Origin: Acidimicrobiaceae bacterium
Lineage (GTDB): Bacteria; Actinomycetota; Acidimicrobiia; Acidimicrobiales; Ilumatobacteraceae
Length of the DNA stretch: 64,000 bases
Direction: 5' to 3'
Assembly (NCBI GenBank): GCA_024641005.1
Contig: JAHEDX010000010.1
Location: forward strand, 9,212 to 73,211
Shown: piece by piece, positions 60,825 through 64,000 of the stretch
How positions within the stretch are numbered: the first letter of the stretch is position 1
How the letters are laid out: each line of letters begins with the position of its first letter
Notes under the pieces: generated by a model
Seen by the model: the letters and a program-made list of their open reading frames with translations, nothing else
Database searches by the model: none
Told to the model about the DNA's origin: nothing
Position numbers and translations under genes: made by a program

Positions 60825-61583
60825 TCAGTAGGTCTGTCCCGTCGGCGCCCCACCACCGTCACCATCGCCCGCGGCGACCAGCAAGGCGCCGAGCACACCG
60901 CTGGCCCCGAACCGGAACGTGGCCGGGCACGGCCACCCCTCACCCATGACCGATTCGGCGAGCGCCAGATAGGCCTCGGCATCAGCGGCGGTGCTGATAC
61001 CGCCCGACGGCTTGAGCCCGACGGGACGATCGGCGGCCGCGATCACCCGCAACATCACCTCGACGGCGGCCGGGGTCGCCGACACCTCGGTCTTGCCGGT
61101 CGACGTCTTGATGAAATCGGCTCCGAGGTCGACGGCGAACTGCGCCGCCTGAGCGATCAGCTCGAGGTCGCCCAGCCGTCCGGTCTCGAGAATGACCTTC
61201 ATCAGCGCGCGATCTCGCGTCGTGCGCCGAACGGTCGTCAACATCTCGGTTGCCCGAGCGAGGTCGCCAGTGGCGAACGACCCGTACGGCAGCACGACGT
61301 CGATCTCGTCGGCACCGTCGTCGAGCGCCCGCTGGGTCACCACACCAACGGCGTGAGGACGCTCGTCACCTGTCGGGAAGTCGACCACGGTGGCCACCCG
61401 AACCTGCGAGCCGGCCAGCGCTGCGCTGGCCTGAGCCACGAAATCGGGCCAGACACACACCGCAGCAGTGCCGGCCGCGAGTGCTCTGTCGCACAACTGG
61501 GCAACCGCAGCGGTATCGCAGTCGTCGGTCAGATTGGTCAAGTCGACCAGTGAAATCGCCAGCCGGGCTCGTGCCGAATCCAT
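60825..61583 (-). CDS. deoC: Deoxyribose-phosphate aldolase
   Basis: DLTNL, AAVCVWP, ATVVDFP, GADEIDVV, KVILET, GADFIKTSTGK, KPSGG, RFGAS; GGAGG RBS. Confidence 0.95.
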   Translation of the reverse strand: MDSARARLAISLVDLTNLTDDCDTAAVAQLCDRALAAGTAAVCVWPDFVAQASAALAGSQVRVATVVDFPTGDERPHAVGVVTQRALDDGADEIDVVLPYGSFATGDLARATEMLTTVRRTTRDRALMKVILETGRLGDLELIAQAAQFAVDLGADFIKTSTGKTEVSATPAAVEVMLRVIAAADRPVGLKPSGGISTAADAEAYLALAESVMGEGWPCPATFRFGASGVLGALLVAAGDGDGGGAPTGQTY

Positions 61584-61676
61584 GCCTACCTCCGAGGTCG
61601 TATCGCTTCGAGATCCGACCTGCATCGTACCGGTCGCGGCACCAACGCCCGGCTGGAGCATTTGACGTGGACCATA

Positions 61677-61690
61677 TGTAACCGCTTTCA
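61677..61690. promoter_or_regulatory. LacI-family operator-like palindrome
   Basis: TGTAACCGCTTTCA (TGNAANCG-type) between divergent deoC and the LacI gene. Confidence 0.65.
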
Positions 61691-62748
61691 TGAACTGGGT
61701 GACCGGTCTGCAACCCCAACCGATCCGGCGCCCGGGACGCGCCACGATCGAAGATGTCGCCGCAGCCGCCGGCGTGTCGGTGGCAACGGTCAGCCGCGCC
61801 ATCCGTGGCCTGCCGAATGTCGCCAACTCGACCAGAGAACGGGTGCAACGTGTCGCGGCAGAGCTGTCGTATCGAGCCGACCCCGCAGCGTCACGTTTGG
61901 CCACCGGCCGATCGCAGGCGATCGGTGTCGCCGTGCCCGTGCTCAACGGTTGGTACTTCTCCAACGTCGTCGCCGGCGTCGAGGCCGTCTGCACCGAGGC
62001 CGGCTACGACACGGTCGTACTCGGCATCAGCTCCGCCGAGCAGCGGACCCGGCTGATCCACGACACCGACGGCATCCACCGCCGCATCGATGGTCTCGTG
62101 TTCGTCGATGTGTCATACAGCGAGGACGAACTGACCGGGCTCGCGGACCGTCACCTGCACGTGGTCACGATCGGTGTGCGTTCGTCCGTGTTCCCGTCGG
62201 TGGGGATCGATGATGTCGAGGTCGGGCGCTTGGCGACCGACCACTTGATCGAACTCGGTCACCGGCGGATCGCCGTGCTCACCGGGCTCGCCGAGGATCC
62301 ATTGACGTTCCCGGTTCCCCTCCGCCGCCTCGAGGGGTACGGGATCGCTCACCGCGACGCCGGCCTCGCCGTCGACCCCGCTCTCGAAGTCGTCGGCAAC
62401 TTCTCGGTCGCGGGTGGCTACGAGGCCGTCAACGAGCTGCTCGCCCTCGACGACCCGCCGACCGCCATCTTCGCCATGTCCGATGAGATGGCGTTCGGGG
62501 CCATCCAACTGGCACGCGAGCGCAGGATCGACGTCCCGCGTGACCTGTCGATCGTCGGAGTCGACGACCACGAGTTGTCGGTCATGGTGGATCTCACCAC
62601 GATTCACCAGGACGTCGAGGATCATGGGGCACGAGCGGCACGCATGTTGCTCGACGGCCTGTCGATCGACCGTCCGGCGCCGACGCGGCTGGAAGATCCC
62701 GTACATCTCGTCGTGCGCGGCACGACCGGTCCTCCCCGAGCGACTTGA
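61690..62748 (+). CDS. LacI family transcriptional regulator
   Basis: ATIEDVAAAAGVSVATVSR, LIELGHRRIA, PTAIFAMSD, DLSIVGVDD; start may be GTG 61699. Confidence 0.94.
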   Translation: MNWVTGLQPQPIRRPGRATIEDVAAAAGVSVATVSRAIRGLPNVANSTRERVQRVAAELSYRADPAASRLATGRSQAIGVAVPVLNGWYFSNVVAGVEAVCTEAGYDTVVLGISSAEQRTRLIHDTDGIHRRIDGLVFVDVSYSEDELTGLADRHLHVVTIGVRSSVFPSVGIDDVEVGRLATDHLIELGHRRIAVLTGLAEDPLTFPVPLRRLEGYGIAHRDAGLAVDPALEVVGNFSVAGGYEAVNELLALDDPPTAIFAMSDEMAFGAIQLARERRIDVPRDLSIVGVDDHELSVMVDLTTIHQDVEDHGARAARMLLDGLSIDRPAPTRLEDPVHLVVRGTTGPPRAT

Positions 62749-62844
62749 TCCACCGATTTCGTCGCCCCATGGCTCGACACGATCACGACACGATCGGTGG
62801 CACCGCGGAGGACCACTTGCGGCCGGGCGGTAGCGTCGAACGAC

Positions 62845-63438
62845 GTGAATCAGGTGAAGTCCCGCCTCCAGGCCCTCGGCCTCCTCGACCGCGCGTTCGC
62901 GAATGCGACCGACGACGATCTCTCCACTGCGCTCGCCGCGCTCGGTGAGGAGCATCGGGAAGCGATCGACCAACTCGTCGGCAGCGAAGCCAGCGTGGAA
63001 GGCATCCGATCGGCGATCGTGAAGGGCCGCCTCGACGGCACCATGGAAACCATGGCGCTCGTGCTGACCGACGCATGCCTCGCCGACTGCATCGAAGCGC
63101 TCGGAGATGACGCCGATCACCCCAGCAGCGACCAGTTGCGCGAGGTCGTTCCCGGCCTCGTCGAAAAGCACGGGCTGGCCATCACCCAGCTGATGCTGAC
63201 GTCGACGGTCGCCGGGGAAGCGCCGGCGTCCGCGATCATTCGCGACCTGTTGAAGCACGACGACGTGATCAAGCTGCCGCCCGCCGAGCCGAAGCCGTTC
63301 AGCCCGATCGTGAAAGGCCCACAGGTGAGCGACGAGGAACGCGCCGCTGTCAAGGCCAAGCGCCAGGAACAGAAGAAGAAGAAGCAAGACGACGCCCGCA
63401 TGCGTCGCGAGCAGGCGGCCAAGGCGCGTCACCGCTGA
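62845..63438 (+). CDS. Hypothetical protein with basic C-terminal tail
   Basis: Helical acidic body and a KRQEQKKKKQ tail; GTG 8 nt after TAGCGT. Confidence 0.65.
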   Translation: MNQVKSRLQALGLLDRAFANATDDDLSTALAALGEEHREAIDQLVGSEASVEGIRSAIVKGRLDGTMETMALVLTDACLADCIEALGDDADHPSSDQLREVVPGLVEKHGLAITQLMLTSTVAGEAPASAIIRDLLKHDDVIKLPPAEPKPFSPIVKGPQVSDEERAAVKAKRQEQKKKKQDDARMRREQAAKARHR

Positions 63439-63471
63439 CGTTTCGGCACGCGGGCGATCTCCACGACCGAG

Positions 63472-64000
63472 ATGGCCACGCCCGCCGACCTGATCCCCGA
63501 GTTGCGCCGTCAGCTCGAGTGCGTCGCACAATCGGATCGTGCCGCCGTGATGGCGGCGTACATGAAGCACCGCGCAGAGTTCCTGGGCGTTCCGGCCGCC
63601 GAGCGCAAGCGGGTATCGCGTCCATTCATCGCCGCCGGTCGCACCGCCACATCCGATCAGCTACTGGATGCGGCCGACATCTGCTGGGCCCAGCCCGAGC
63701 GCGAATTCCAGTACGCGGCCATCGATCTGCTCCGGCGGTGGCATACCACCCTGCTCCCCCAGTCGCTGCCGCGCATCGAGTCGCTGATCCGCGAAAGGTC
63801 GTGGTGGGACACCGTCGATGCAATCGCGGCCAACGTCGTCGGCCCACTGGTCGCGCGCTTTCCTGAGCTCGTCGACGTCATGGATGCATGGGTCGACGAC
63901 AGCGATCTCTGGATCGCGAGGGCATCGGTACTACATCAACTCACGTTCGCGGGCGACACCGATGCCGAGCGCTTGTTCAGCGCCGTCGATCGACGATGCG
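63472..64000 (+). CDS. DNA alkylation repair protein (AlkD-like), 3'-truncated by window edge; absent from ORF track
   Basis: Own translation: MAAYMK...FLGV...W.QPEREFQYAAIDLL...SWWDTVD...DLWIARASVLHQL. Confidence 0.88.
   Translation, partial: MATPADLIPELRRQLECVAQSDRAAVMAAYMKHRAEFLGVPAAERKRVSRPFIAAGRTATSDQLLDAADICWAQPEREFQYAAIDLLRRWHTTLLPQSLPRIESLIRERSWWDTVDAIAANVVGPLVARFPELVDVMDAWVDDSDLWIARASVLHQLTFAGDTDAERLFSAVDRRC

Noticed and set aside
57067..64000. Possible genomic island at tRNA-Arg
   Set aside because: No integrase, no repeat of the tRNA 3' end noticed and no obvious compositional shift

Overview
High-GC chromosomal window from an actinobacterium. Gene content and order suggest Acidimicrobiia (Ilumatobacter-like), which is an inference. 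It is densely coding, with about 60 CDSs and one tRNA-Arg(CCG). I found no integrase, transposase, prophage, CRISPR array or rRNA. Main blocks: (1) a sugar ABC importer with a GH36 alpha-galactosidase; (2) an amidohydrolase with a CobW/COG0523 GTPase; (3) a SufR-like regulator divergent from Mrp/ApbC; (4) a complete System I cytochrome c maturation operon ccmABCDEFGH plus a CcmI-like TPR gene, next to a class E sortase; (5) Lhr, ABC-F and SF2 helicase genes; (6) ppgK, a MenJ-like reductase and chorismate mutase; (7) the conserved tRNA-Arg/argS-lysA-hom-thrC-rho-rpmE-prfA-prmC region, which lacks thrB and carries extra genes (DUF1800-DUF1501 pair, an unknown protein, a HAIR-preceded Hsp20, a crotonase); (8) deoC/LacI and a truncated AlkD-like gene. 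The best candidates for undescribed biology are the DUF1800 + Tat-DUF1501 pair with a triple C-terminal repeat module, the unknown protein beside it, the SufR-like/CxxC-less Mrp pair, a non-catalytic EchA6-like crotonase and a structured rho leader. All family assignments come from motif recognition by eye; no database search was run. Many start codons were re-called from the ORF track using RBS, -10 or overlap logic.
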